A stretch of 63,984 nucleotides of DNA, filler included, from Octopus bimaculoides (GCF_001194135.2; 5 parts of 5 records of this genome joined end to end with filler, not necessarily neighbours in it); one strand, 5' to 3'. Shown: positions 23,857 through 35,864, numbered from the whole stretch's first letter. Program-made: numbers and translations. The notes: generated by a model from the sequence alone, not told the origin.

Positions 23857-24074
23857 CAGAAAAGCACCTTGGACTCATAACCTGGATGCGGCCCGGCCCC
23901 TTAAAGAGTTAGAAGTTAAGGGTCGAAATACTTGTCTGGGGCGGGTTTCTTCCGTTTTAAGAGCCTCTTGCCACTAAACAATACAACAAATTACATTTTA
24001 TTTTGGCAAATGAAAATAGAATTTCAAAATTTACGTGAAAGATATAATTATACAGAGGAATAGGAAAATGACAG

Positions 24075-24190
24075 CTCATTTTTGTCAGCTAGGTGGACTG
24101 GAACAATGTGAAAGAAAATGTCTTTTTCACGGATGCAACGTACCGCTGGGAATCAAACTCACGGCCTTAGGGTCGAAAGCAGAATACCCT
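24075..24190 (-). mobile_element. Degenerate SINE family D
   Basis: cagctaggtggactggaacaatgtgaaag...gggaatcaaactc. Confidence 0.65.
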
Positions 24191-24936
24191 CACAACTAAG
24201 TCACGCGCTTTCACGCACAGTAGAAAATGTGTCCAAAGGTTATATGGTGAAAATATGTGATGAACTTATTGAAAGATTAAAGCAGCGGGTATTCATAACA
24301 GAAGAAACCTTGCCAGAATATAAAATCAAAGGAGAGACTACTACGACGAAAACTTTTGTTAATGAAGCAGACGACACTGAAATGATACTAGCGTTCTTCT
24401 TGTGTTACAAAATTAATGCTGACATTTTCTTTCATTACATAAGTTTACTATTTATTATTATTACTTTTTTTTTGTACAGTAAACACAAAATTCTATTTTT
24501 ACATGAGATCTGAATTTCACTTCTATGTAAACATGACTAGCATGATTGCTGTGTACGTTACTTTAAAAATAAAACGCTGACATTTTTTTGAGTTTTCATT
24601 TCATTTACCTGTAATCATGTTCAATGCTTTGCTTTTTATACCTTACATAAAACTTAATATTTGCACAGTAAAAAATAAAATTGAAATGGCATACGTGTAC
24701 TGTAACCTTTTAATCAAAACATGACATCATGGGTGGCGACTGATATCTTACCTTCCTGATGGTACTATGTATAAAGATTATTTAAAATTTGCATTAACTA
24801 TATTCAGGGTATATGTATAAGCTATATTATGAAATATAAATGGATATTAAGTTTAGACATGGGCACCATCCCTATCCGGAAAAAATTGAAATTCACCACA
24901 CTTTTAGTTCATGAAGTTCGGAGGAGGACTTCACAG

Positions 24937-24992
<56 letters not shown>

Positions 24993-25151
24993 CCCACACA
25001 GTTAGCTGAGTGGTAAAAAACTTGCTTCCCAACCACATGGTTCCGAGTTCAATCCCACTGCGTGACACCTTGGGCAGGTGTCTTCTATAACTTCGAGCCG
25101 ACCAAAATCTTGTGAATGGATTTGGTAGACGGAAACTGAATGAAGCTCATC
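24993..25151 (+). mobile_element. SINE family B (5' half, runs into a gap)
   Basis: ccaaccacatggttccgagttcaatcccactgcgtgacaccttgggcaggtgtcttc. Confidence 0.88.
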
Positions 25152-25936
25152 NNNNNNNNNNNNNNNNNNNNNNNNNNNNNNNNNNNNNNNNNNNNNNNNN
25201 NNNNNNNNNNNNNNNNNNNNNNNNNNNNNNNNNNNNNNNNNNNNNNNNNNNNNNNNNNNNNNNNNNNNNNNNNNNNNNNNNNNNNNNNNNNNNNNNNNNN
25301 NNNNNNNNNNNNNNNNNNNNNNNNNNNNNNNNNNNNNNNNNNNNNNNNNNNNNNNNNNNNNNNNNNNNNNNNNNNNNNNNNNNNNNNNNNNNNNNNNNNN
25401 NNNNNNNNNNNNNNNNNNNNNNNNNNNNNNNNNNNNNNNNNNNNNNNNNNNNNNNNNNNNNNNNNNNNNNNNNNNNNNNNNNNNNNNNNNNNNNNNNNNN
25501 NNNNNNNNNNNNNNNNNNNNNNNNNNNNNNNNNNNNNNNNNNNNNNNNNNNNNNNNNNNNNNNNNNNNNNNNNNNNNNNNNNNNNNNNNNNNNNNNNNNN
25601 NNNNNNNNNNNNNNNNNNNNNNNNNNNNNNNNNNNNNNNNNNNNNNNNNNNNNNNNNNNNNNNNNNNNNNNNNNNNNNNNNNNNNNNNNNNNNNNNNNNN
25701 NNNNNNNNNNNNNNNNNNNNNNNNNNNNNNNNNNNNNNNNNNNNNNNNNNNNNNNNNNNNNNNNNNNNNNNNNNNNNNNNNNNNNNNNNNNNNNNNNNNN
25801 NNNNNNNNNNNNNNNNNNNNNNNNNNNNNNNNNNNNNNNNNNNNNNNNNNNNNNNNNNNNNNNNNNNNNNNNNNNNNNNNNNNNNNNNNNNNNNNNNNNN
25901 NNNNNNNNNNNNNNNNNNNNNNNNNNNNNNNNNNNN

Positions 25937-25997
25937 AGGTGAACCGCGATAGGTGAACCGCGATAGGTGAACCGCGATATGGCGAGGGATTACTCTA
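25937..25997. mobile_element. pogo/Tigger-type terminal inverted repeat with triplicated 14-mer
   Basis: (aggtgaaccgcgat)x3 then atggcgagggattactc and TA; reverse complement resembles the CAGTAATCCCTCGC.ATATCGCGGTTCA Tigger-type TIR. Confidence 0.65.
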
Positions 25998-26017
25998 TGT
26001 GTGAGTGGCTGTGTAAA

Positions 26018-26366
26018 GGCGCAGGAGTGGCTGTTTGGTAAAGAACTTGCTTACCAACCACATGGTTCCGGGTTCAGTCCCACTGCATGGCACCTTGGGC
26101 AAGTGTCTTCTACTATAGCCTCGGGCCAACCAAAGCCTTGTGAGTGGATTTGGTAGACGTGTCTGTGTCTGTGTTTCTTTGTTTGTGTTTGTCTCCCCAC
26201 CATCGCGTGACAACCGATGCTGGTGTTTACGTGCCCGTAACTTAGCCGACCGATAGAATAAGTACTAGGCTTACAAAGAATAAGTCCAGGGGTCGATTTG
26301 TTCGACTAAAGGTGGTGCTCCAGCATGGTCGCAGTCAAATGACTGAAATAAATAAAAGAATAAAGG
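26018..26366 (+). mobile_element. SINE family B, near full length
   Basis: ggcgcaggagtggctg head through the ggtgctccagcatggtcgcagtcaaatgactgaaa tail. Confidence 0.93.
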
Positions 26367-26724
26367 AATTGTAAGTAATTAGTTATACCAAATTGAATCA
26401 CAGAACCTCATCAGAGCGGAAAAGTAAATAAAATAAAGGTAAAAAGAAAAAGAAGAAAAAGGGGAAAGTAAGAACGGTGATAAACAACTGATGCTACATT
26501 ATTTCATTTAGATTGGCCATTTAGGCCTTACAGAGAGGGGACAAACAAGGACAGACAGACATGCTGACCCACTGTGAAACATTCGACCGACTAGAATTTA
26601 GAAACAGAATAAAGGGTAGTTATAATATTTAGTGGTACATTCCTATATACGGGAGAAGGAGTGGGTTAAATATATAATAACTAAATGAGCAATTAAGTCA
26701 AAAAATGAAGAAGAAATGTTTCAT

Positions 26725-26965
26725 TCTCGAGCCATGCCAGGCTCTTAAGGGCTCCCGGTTTCAGTGGTGTATAAATTCCCCATCTGGACGGGACGCCGAT
26801 CCGTCGCAGGATTACTCATTTTTGCCAGCTGATGGGACTGGAGCAACAAGAAATGAAAGGGATCAAGAATATGCTCAAGAACACAACACATCGCCCGGTC
26901 CAAGAACCGAAAGCGCAATCTTATGATCGTGAGTCCAACACCCTAACAATTAAGCCACGCGCTTC
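26725..26965 (-). mobile_element. SINE family D
   Basis: ctcatttttgccagctgatgggactggagcaac core; head ...ccctaacaattaagccacgcgc. Confidence 0.82.
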
Positions 26966-27373
26966 CACTTATATTGACGTGTTTTATGTATATTTATTTA
27001 TGATATATCTTTAATATAATCTGTATAGTGTATGTACCGTGTGTGGCTTTGTATGTGCATGAGTTTGTATGGCCTTTGATCTCTTTAGAGTTTTTGTATA
27101 TATAATATAATTTCAGTTTTTATAGTTTTTTAAAATCATATTTTAATATATTTCAATATAATTTTAATATACCTTTTAATATTTTTTATATATATAATTT
27201 TTATTTATTTAATTCTTGATTTAATTATTTTTTTCTTTTTGGTGTTTTTATTATTCATTCACTCATCTTGGTAGAATCTTGGTAGAATCTTGCATTAGGT
27301 ACGTTTTGCTTTCGTATCGCTTCACACCTGTCCTCTGTTTAAACGTAAACCTCTTCGTTGCATAGTTCAATCA

Positions 27374-27417
27374 GCGCCTGATGAACGTACTTATGTATGT
27401 GAAACTATTAGTAGCGC
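27374..27417 (+). ncRNA. Type I hammerhead ribozyme, canonical core
   Basis: GCGC-CUGAUGA-ACGUAC[uuau]GUAUGU-GAA-ACU[auu]AGU-A/GCGC; all core nucleotides present, GUA triplet. Confidence 0.82.
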
Positions 27418-27495
27418 ATATAATGCATGTAGGATGAATCATTTATACATANNNNNNNNNNNNNNNNNNNNNNNNNNNNNNNNNNNNNNNNNNNN

Positions 27496-27507
27496 TTAAT
27501 TAATTAA
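27496..27507. other. Assembly linker TTAATTAATTAA between N runs (also 41119, 57301, 62538)
   Basis: Identical 12-mer with stops in all six frames, centred in about 100-nt gaps four times. Confidence 0.9.
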
Positions 27508-27551
27508 NNNNNNNNNNNNNNNNNNNNNNNNNNNNNNNNNNNNNNNNNNNN

Positions 27552-27815
27552 CTATCATAGTAGGTGCCTTAGGTATAATAAAAAAATATTCAGACAAATA
27601 CATAACAAAAACACCAGGACTTACAAATATATATAACATACAGAAAATTGCACTACTGGGTACTGCACACATTCTACGCAAAACACTTTCAATACAGTAA
27701 ACATAAGAGCACCACAGCAAACCACAGCACATACCCAAGGCGCACAGAGCTGCGCTCGGTAGTGAAGTGAAAGCACGTTATAAAAATAAAACTACTGAAT
27801 AATAATAATAATAAT
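27552..27815 (+). mobile_element. R4/Dong-like retrotransposon 3' end (type 1 UTR) with (TAA)n tail
   Basis: IIVGALGIIKKYSDKYITKTPGLTNIYNIQKIALLGTAHILRKTLSIQ*, nearly identical to the copy at 46385-46530. Confidence 0.9.
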
Positions 27816-28316
27816 ATGTGTGTGCTTATACACACACATATATGACATATAATAATACGTACGTGCGTTTATGTATATACATATACACATACACAAACAT
27901 GCACATACACACTCACATATACAGACGTACGGTAGCTAGAACCTTACAATTGACTGAACATAAATTAGATTATATGATAGAAGTAATGCAACGTTCTTTA
28001 AATGTTAAGAAATTTATCCAAAAGTGAAATGAATTAAAACAGGAAAAAGAAAACAAAAATCAACTGAAAGCACCTCATATATCATTTTGTGAAAATGAAT
28101 AACAAGCTTTACATATAGACTAGCAAGATTAGACGTTATGATACCATATCTATAGTAGGCTTTATGCAAATAACGGACATGCATATTTTATCACGCGCAC
28201 ACATTCATGTACATGTTTATATTTATGTGTACGTGTATACACACATACACACATATACATACGTAAATGCAGAACGACGGAATGAGTGCTCAACACCGCA
28301 TTGGTGGATAAATGAT

Positions 28317-28555
28317 TTCTTTATTTGAGGATTAAAGCTACCATTGACTTCATGTTAAGAAGAGTTGGAAAATATCCAAGTGTCTTAACAATTTTTCAAG
28401 CCGATCACATGGAGAAAGATGTTTGCCTCCATTTTGGAAAAAAAGGCGAACACCTTTGTCCGTGTAATCGGCTTGAAAAATTGCTTAGATAATTGGATAT
28501 TTTCCCACCCTTCTTAACATGAAACCAATGGTAGCCTTAATCCACAAATAAAGAA
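28317..28555. mobile_element. Fold-back element, ~111-bp arms and 17-nt loop
   Basis: 28317-28427 vs reverse complement of 28445-28555, roughly 85% identical. Confidence 0.9.
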
Positions 28556-28805
28556 TATATATATATATATATAGAACATATAGTAGAGATTACCAATCCG
28601 GGCAAAATACTTCATAAGCTCTCTGTTGGCACACCAGGTTAACAATATTACTTAGATTAGTGAAGAACTCCAGATAATCTTTTGGTAGGGTTTCAGGTTA
28701 TGGTTTATCTCAATTTTATATTGTAAATCCATGGATGAGCTTCAGATAAACTTGTTTTTACACAGAGTGACATATAAGAAACAAGTTTAAAATAATGGTC
28801 ATTAT

Positions 28806-29034
28806 ATATAATTCCTTTATTTGAGGAAATTTTGCTTACAGCTGTTTCCAGAGTGCTCTGTTTGTTACATCCAATAATAGCTCTGACGAAAGTAGCTTCA
28901 ATTTTCTTAGGTCATTCAATTTGATTCAATTGATCAATAGACCAATTGAGTAAACTTATCAGTAATGGTAATGTACCTATAATGACTACTGGAAACAGCT
29001 GTAAGCCAAACTTGCTCAAATAAAGGAATTATAT
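28806..29034. mobile_element. Fold-back/MITE with 46-bp inverted arms
   Basis: atataattcctttatttgag..a.tt.gcttacagctgtttccag mirrored with 3 mismatches. Confidence 0.88.
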
Positions 29035-29060
29035 CTAATGCCCATTATTTTTAACTTGTT

Positions 29061-29111
<51 letters not shown>

Positions 29112-29316
29112 CAATATATGAGTATATGCATATATATGTACATGTATGTACATACCTTCATCTACATGTACACATAGATACATAACTGGGTACATGACGT
29201 GGCAAAAGAACATGGATAAAATGATAAACAAGGTACAACAAACAAGTAAGCCGCATAGAACATCTCCTTCATCAGCTGCCACCATTAAAACACCGGCGTT
29301 TCGAAGAATTAGTGAA

Positions 29317-29530
29317 GGCACGTGGCGTAGTGGTTAGGGCATTCGGCTCACGATCGTAGGTTCATGAGTTCAATTCCCGGTGACGCGTTGTGTCCTTGAG
29401 CAAGACACTTTATTTCACGTTGTTCCAGTCCACTCAGCTGGCAAAAATGAGTAGTACCTGTATTTCAAAGGGCCAGCCTTGTCACACTCTGTGTCACGTT
29501 GAATCTCCTTCAGAACTATGTTAGGGGTAC
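29317..29530 (+). mobile_element. SINE family D (runs into a gap)
   Basis: ggcacgtggcgtagtggttaggg, gagttcaattccc, gtgtccttgagcaagacac; later part (aaggg.cagccttgtcacact) is shared with family C. Confidence 0.9.
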
Positions 29531-30543
29531 NNNNNNNNNNNNNNNNNNNNNNNNNNNNNNNNNNNNNNNNNNNNNNNNNNNNNNNNNNNNNNNNNNNNNN
29601 NNNNNNNNNNNNNNNNNNNNNNNNNNNNNNNNNNNNNNNNNNNNNNNNNNNNNNNNNNNNNNNNNNNNNNNNNNNNNNNNNNNNNNNNNNNNNNNNNNNN
29701 NNNNNNNNNNNNNNNNNNNNNNNNNNNNNNNNNNNNNNNNNNNNNNNNNNCATATATATTAATACATGTAAGGGTGTGTGTGTGTGTGTGTGTATTCATG
29801 CGTATATAAATAAGTTAACAATTAAAAATTACGTTAAATTATTGTTTAAGCATTGCTCTTTAAAAAACTACATGCATATATTCTATATGGGCAGCGAGCT
29901 GCTACAATGCGGTTTTGAAAATCGACTAAATCACAAGACAGCATTTTAGCTCCTTCGTCGTAGGCTAAACATTTCAATATTCACCATGGTCGACTACATA
30001 ATGCTATGAAACGGTTATTATTAATGAACCTCTCATTATATAAATACATTATAAACCGGTTATTGTAATCAAAAATATCTCGTTCTAAATTGATCACCGC
30101 ATGTGGCTTCCGGTTTGCAAATGGAACCTCAATACATTATAACTGTTATCATTACTGTAACCAGATATCTATTAACAAGCCGAGGTCAAAGTATGGCAAC
30201 GTCTTGGAAAAAGAGCGTCGCTTTATAAATCCCACGCTTCCGATAGTCATGATATCCGAGACAGTTGAAGTCTGCAAGATCTACTAAAATCATAAAGAAT
30301 GAGCAGGGTTGCGTGGATGATGATGAAAAAGAATAAAACCCTCGTTCATTATATTTCTTCTATTTTTCTTTGTTATTTATCACTTTGCCGCCGAATCAGT
30401 CAGCGGTTAAAATTATCTCTGAAACGCCAATCAAAAAGAAAAAAACATATAAGCCATCAATCGATCCATTCATTGATTCATCAACCCAGCTATTTATCCA
30501 AACCATCCAACTATCCTTCCATTCATGCCTACGTACATACATG

Positions 30544-30575
<32 letters not shown>

Positions 30576-31183
30576 CATACATACATACATACATACATAC
30601 ATACATACATACATAGACCTAATCAGATCACAGTTACAAGCTGTCAACGCTACTGCAAAAATATCTAAACCATTTACGAAGTTCAACACGTTATAAAACC
30701 ACATATGCAATGCCAAACTTATTTGCACCGATGTGACACGTGCACGTGAATGTGTGTATGCATGCACGTTTACGTGCATGTATGTGCACAAGCATGCATG
30801 TATACGCATATGTGTACAATCAAGAATATACCGTTTGATGTAGTCGAACTTCCAATGAAAGTGTTTCGTTTCTAGGGAAGATATCCGACTCTTTCTTGAT
30901 TGATGAGTAATGTGAAAGATAACATTCAAACATACATACATACATACATACATACATACATACATACATACATACATACATGTATAGACACATATACAAA
31001 CATACATACACGAATATGTGCCTACATTATAAACATACACACACACATACTGAAGTCTCTCTTAAGAGTTAAAGGATCATGAACAAAACAAAATGGTTTC
31101 CTTCACGACCTTGCTACCAAGCTGGTAGCTAGTCAACATTCATTGTAAATTAAAAAGAGATACATACACACAAAGATACACGC

Positions 31184-31250
<67 letters not shown>

Positions 31251-31647
31251 CGTAATTTTATTGGGGGAAAATTGAGTACTGGTTTCATCTGTTCTCTCCA
31301 GGGGTTAGGTTATAAGACTTTCCATTGCTTTACAGCAAGGTTAGGAATATTTTCTTGCTTTTAATTAATTTATAGGATTTCTCCCGCCCCGTGTAGTATC
31401 AATTTTCCTCAAACTTACATATACTATGAATACATATGCATACATACGCACATAGAGTGAAATATGTATATATAATAATACATACATACATACATACATA
31501 CGTGTGGTAAGAAACATGCTCCTCAACCACATGGTTCCGGGTTCAATCCCACTGCTAGGTAAGCACCTATGAATGAATACACAGGCATATGCATACACGC
31601 ACATGCACACACACACACGCTCAGAGAACACATAATTTAGATAGAAG

Positions 31648-31825
31648 GCCAGCGATTTTGAGTGGGATGGGGTAGTCGATAGCGTCGATCCCAATACTTT
31701 ATTTATCGACTCTGTGAGAATAAAAAACAATGTCGACATCGTGGGGTTTTGAACTCAGAACTTAATCGGAACAAACACTATAAGGTAATTATTCCAGCAT
31801 TTTAACGGTTCTGCCAGCTCGTCAC
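31648..31825 (-). mobile_element. Degenerate SINE family A
   Basis: ttgaactcagaac...ttctgccagctcg. Confidence 0.7.
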
Positions 31826-31927
31826 TTTTGTTTTTATAAAGAGCTAGCTTAAAAGTCGCAGTCCGTACGGACTTTAAAGCTAGCTCCTGAGGAAGGCTAA
31901 TGGGGCCTGTGGTCCAAAACTAAAGAG

Positions 31928-32227
31928 ATCAATAATAATAAAGCATTTATTGGTACCCTACCAATATGGCATTACCTTATCGATATGGTATTAAATTTAG
32001 TTCTCAAAGTTTTTAGAGTTTTTTTAAAAATTCAACTTAGTATATAACAAATCTTCATCCAGATCTGATTCCAATGCTGGATGTTCAAGAACAAAATAAA
32101 GGGCAGATTTTCACTCCCGGGATTATCCTGATTCCAGAAAAGGTATAATGTCTATGTAGAACAAATACAGACTCAGATACCGGGGTCTCGGACAGACAGA
32201 CAGAATTCCGCGTTTATTATTATAGAT
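31928..32227. mobile_element. ~300-bp non-autonomous element bounded by 15-bp inverted repeats
   Basis: atcaataataataaa (31928) vs tttattattatagat (32227), 1 mismatch; (gaca)n just inside the right end, as in Helentron-associated/DINE-like elements. Confidence 0.55.
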
Positions 32228-32244
32228 CCCTAAATAAATACTTT

Positions 32245-32778
32245 TTACTACTTTTGGCACAAGGTTAGCGATTTTAAGGGGAGGGGTAAGTCGATTACCT
32301 CGAGCAGTTTTTGACTACTACTTTATTTTATCGATGACGAAAGGATGTTGGGTAAGTCGACCCTAGCACCCAGAACCTAAAGTATCAGAAGAAATACTGC
32401 TAAGCAATTTGTCCGCCCTCTCACGATTCTGCCAGCTCGTCGCCTTTAACTACACGCATACACTCACACACATAGACGCACACGCATACACACACGCACC
32501 ACACACAACACACACACCACATTCATATATATTATCATTTCTTATTTATTTATTGCCCACAAGGGGCTCAACATAGAGGGGAAAAACACGGACAGACAAA
32601 GGGATTAAATCGATTACATCATCGACACCAGTGCGTAACTGGTACTTAATTTATCGACCCTGAAAGGATGAAAGGCAAAGTCGACCTCGGCGGAATTTGA
32701 ACTCAGAACGTAACGGCAGACGAAATAACGCTAAGCATTTCGCCCATCGTGCTAACGTTTCTGCTAGCTCGCCGCCTT
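32245..32778 (-). mobile_element. Two SINE family A copies (32245-32447 degenerate, 32552-32778 well conserved)
   Basis: gaaaggatgaaaggcaaagtcgacctcggcggaatttgaactcagaacg...gctcgccgcctta. Confidence 0.92.
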
Positions 32779-32879
32779 ATATATATATTATATTTCATAC
32801 ACACACAAACACATATATGTATGTATACCTGTTTCACCCACATATACTAAAATATGGGATGTTGACATACACTACTGGT

Positions 32880-33052
32880 CGCAGTGTCCTTCCAATTCGT
32901 TCTTGATAGCGCCTTCTTTTTTGATCTTGACTGAAATCATTAACTTAAATCGTCTTTTCATCATTCTAGAGGTCCTCCGAGTGGATGTTTCCGATTTCTT
33001 GGATACCACTCGACAACTGCTTGGGTCCACCTATTGTCTATGAACCTTGGGA
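32880..33052 (-). mobile_element. RTE-clade LINE 3' relic
   Basis: VPRFIDNRWTQAVVEWYPRNRKHPLGGPLE..KDDL matches the RTE pattern R..DNRWT..V.EW.PR..KR..GRP..RW.DD. Confidence 0.75.
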
Positions 33053-33436
33053 CATATGTGTGTGTGTGTGTTTGTGTGTGTGTTTGTGTGTGTGTACACA
33101 CAGTGAAATATATACAAAGCTATTGCCAGTTCACAATCTCACAGTGTTTTTAGTTTTGTTCTCTGCTCTGCTACACTACTACAGCATCTTCTGCTTCCCT
33201 TAATCACCATCCTGCATAAAATAACCCCAGTCCCGTTATTCATTATGTATTAGCTAATAAATCCTTTACTAAACCCCTTTCCTAATCTTCCCTGTTTCAA
33301 GCTGCAGAAATTTCCACTTTCTCCAGTTCTCCTCTGCATGGGAAAGAGCTACGAATGCTCTCAGTTACCAATCTGCAATGGCTTACGAAGATTATGAATG
33401 CAGCCAGAGAGAATGCAAGATAAAAGAGGAGACTAC

Positions 33437-33467
<31 letters not shown>

Positions 33468-33622
33468 TGTATGTATGTATGTATGTATGTATGTATGTAT
33501 GTATGTATGTATATATACGATATAGGTACATATAGAATCGTGAGTGCACATGTGTTTGTGATAGTCTCTGATAAGTATACAGAATTTAGTTACACAAGGA
33601 AATACACAAATTTATAAACAAA

Positions 33623-33675
<53 letters not shown>

Positions 33676-33949
33676 NNNNNNNNNNNNNNNNNNNNNNNNN
33701 NNNNNNNNNNNNNNNNNNNNNNNNNNNNNNNNNNNNNNNNNNNNNNNNNNNNNNNNNNNNNNNNNNNNNNNNNNNNNNNNNNNNNNNNNNNNNNNNNNNN
33801 NNNNNNNNNNNNNNNNNNNNNNNNNNNNNNNNNNNNNNNNNNNNNNNNNNNNNNNNNNNNNNNNNNNNNNNNNNNNNNNNNNNNNNNNNNNNNNNNNACG
33901 AATATATATTTGAGTATTTCCTTGTCTAGCTAAATTCTGCTTACTTATC

Positions 33950-33976
33950 AGAGGGCATCACAAACACATATACATG

Positions 33977-34013
<37 letters not shown>

Positions 34014-34721
34014 ACACACATACACACACACACACAAACACACACACACACTCACACATGTATATATACACAAACACAAGCCTATATATATACGTGGGTA
34101 TATATATATAATTATATATATACACACATACATCCATATATATGTATGTGTGTGTGCGCGCGTATGCACACACACACACACACACACGGATACACACACG
34201 CACACATAGAAATGCACACGCATATGATTAATTAACAAATAAGAAAGCAAAGAAGGTAACTTTACAAAACGCAAACGTCAAGAGCTTGATAGAAAGACAC
34301 GTAACATACACACGTGTGTAGACTCACAGACGTACACATGCAAAATACTCAGATACAAACATGCGCGCGCACGTGTGTATATATATGAATATATATGTTT
34401 ATATATACATACATATATATACACACGCGCGCGCGCATGTTTATATATACACACACACGTGTGTATGTGTCCGTGCATCTGTTTCGGTCTCTTGAGCGTG
34501 TTTCGTTAGCTCTATACTTACATACACTCGCATACATATGCATATATGTACACACACGCACACACACACACACACACATACATATGTATATATATGTGTA
34601 TATATATATATATGTATATATACATATATATATATGTATATATATATACACACATACATATATATATACACACATATATATAATATGTATATATATATGT
34701 ATATATATATATATATATATT

Positions 34722-34796
<75 letters not shown>

Positions 34797-34801
34797 GTTT
34801 G

Positions 34802-34863
<62 letters not shown>
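33950..34863. repeat. Compound (CA)/(TA)/(CTAT)/(CTGT)/(CT) microsatellite block
   Basis: Direct observation. Confidence 0.95.
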
Positions 34864-35864
34864 NNNNNNNNNNNNNNNNNNNNNNNNNNNNNNNNNNNNN
34901 NNNNNNNNNNNNNNNNNNNNNNNNNNNNNNNNNNNNNNNNNNNNNNNNNNNNNNNNNNNNNNNNNNNNNNNNNNNNNNNNNNNNNNNNNNNNNNNNNNNN
35001 NNNNNNNNNNNNNNNNNNNNNNNNNNNNNNNNNNNNNNNNNNNNNNNNNNNNNNNNNNNNNNNNNNNNNNNNNNNNNNNNNNNNNNNNNNNNNNNNNNNN
35101 NNNNNNNNNNNNNNNNNNNNNNNNNNNNNNNNNNNNNNNNNNNNNNNNNNNNNNNNNNNNNNNNNNNNNNNNNNNNNNNNNNNNNNNNNNNNNNNNNNNN
35201 NNNNNNNNNNNNNNNNNNNNNNGGGGGGGGGGCGAAAGACAAAATGCCGGTGAGTTGTGGGGTCAAACTATTTACTGCATTAAAACCAAACCGAAATAAA
35301 GCTCCATCTGTTCTCGAAACTTAGTGAAACAAAACGTTATCTGTACAATTTCCTGCAGTTGATAAAGCGAAGAATCTTCTACTAATTTGTGCAGCTTTGT
35401 CGGTGTAGATAGAGATAGGATGCAGATATAGATTGAGATGTAACACTGTAGGAAGTATCGTCACCTTGTTAAGATTTAATGGAATATAGTAAGGTAAACG
35501 TGTGCTTGCCAGTGTATGTGAATGCGTGTGTATCTGCATGTGTGTGTGAACTTTTATATGTGTGTATGTGAGAGCTGGAATGCGTACACATGAAAGTGTG
35601 TGAGGATGTATTCACGCATGTATGTATGTGTGTATGTATGTGTGCGTGTGTGTGTATGAGTGTGTGTATGTGTGTCTGTCTGTCTATCTATTACTTTAAA
35701 ACTGTTTGATTCGGCTCTCTGCGATTTAAAGTTTCGCAGGCCTCTAACAGAAACGTGACTCGTTCAGGCTCAGATCACCGAAGGCATACATCCTACTAAA
35801 TGTGTTGAGCACAGGGTAAATGAAAACACCCGAGGATGAATTAATTATGATTTTATTCTACATA

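Noticed and set aside
27496-27507. Recurrent TTAATTAATTAA motif (also 41119, 57301, 62538)
   Set aside because: Always centred between two N runs and gives stops in all six frames: a scaffolding linker, not biology.
32829-32846. YVGETG GIY-YIG-like motif or 18-nt exon on the minus strand
   Set aside because: Too short, abuts an RTE relic and a microsatellite, and no other PLE motifs are nearby.
34538-35299. Long ORFs through microsatellites and N gaps (also 1883, 10261, 14936, 15498, 25112, 35898, 57857)
   Set aside because: Artefacts of stop-free simple repeats and unknown bases.
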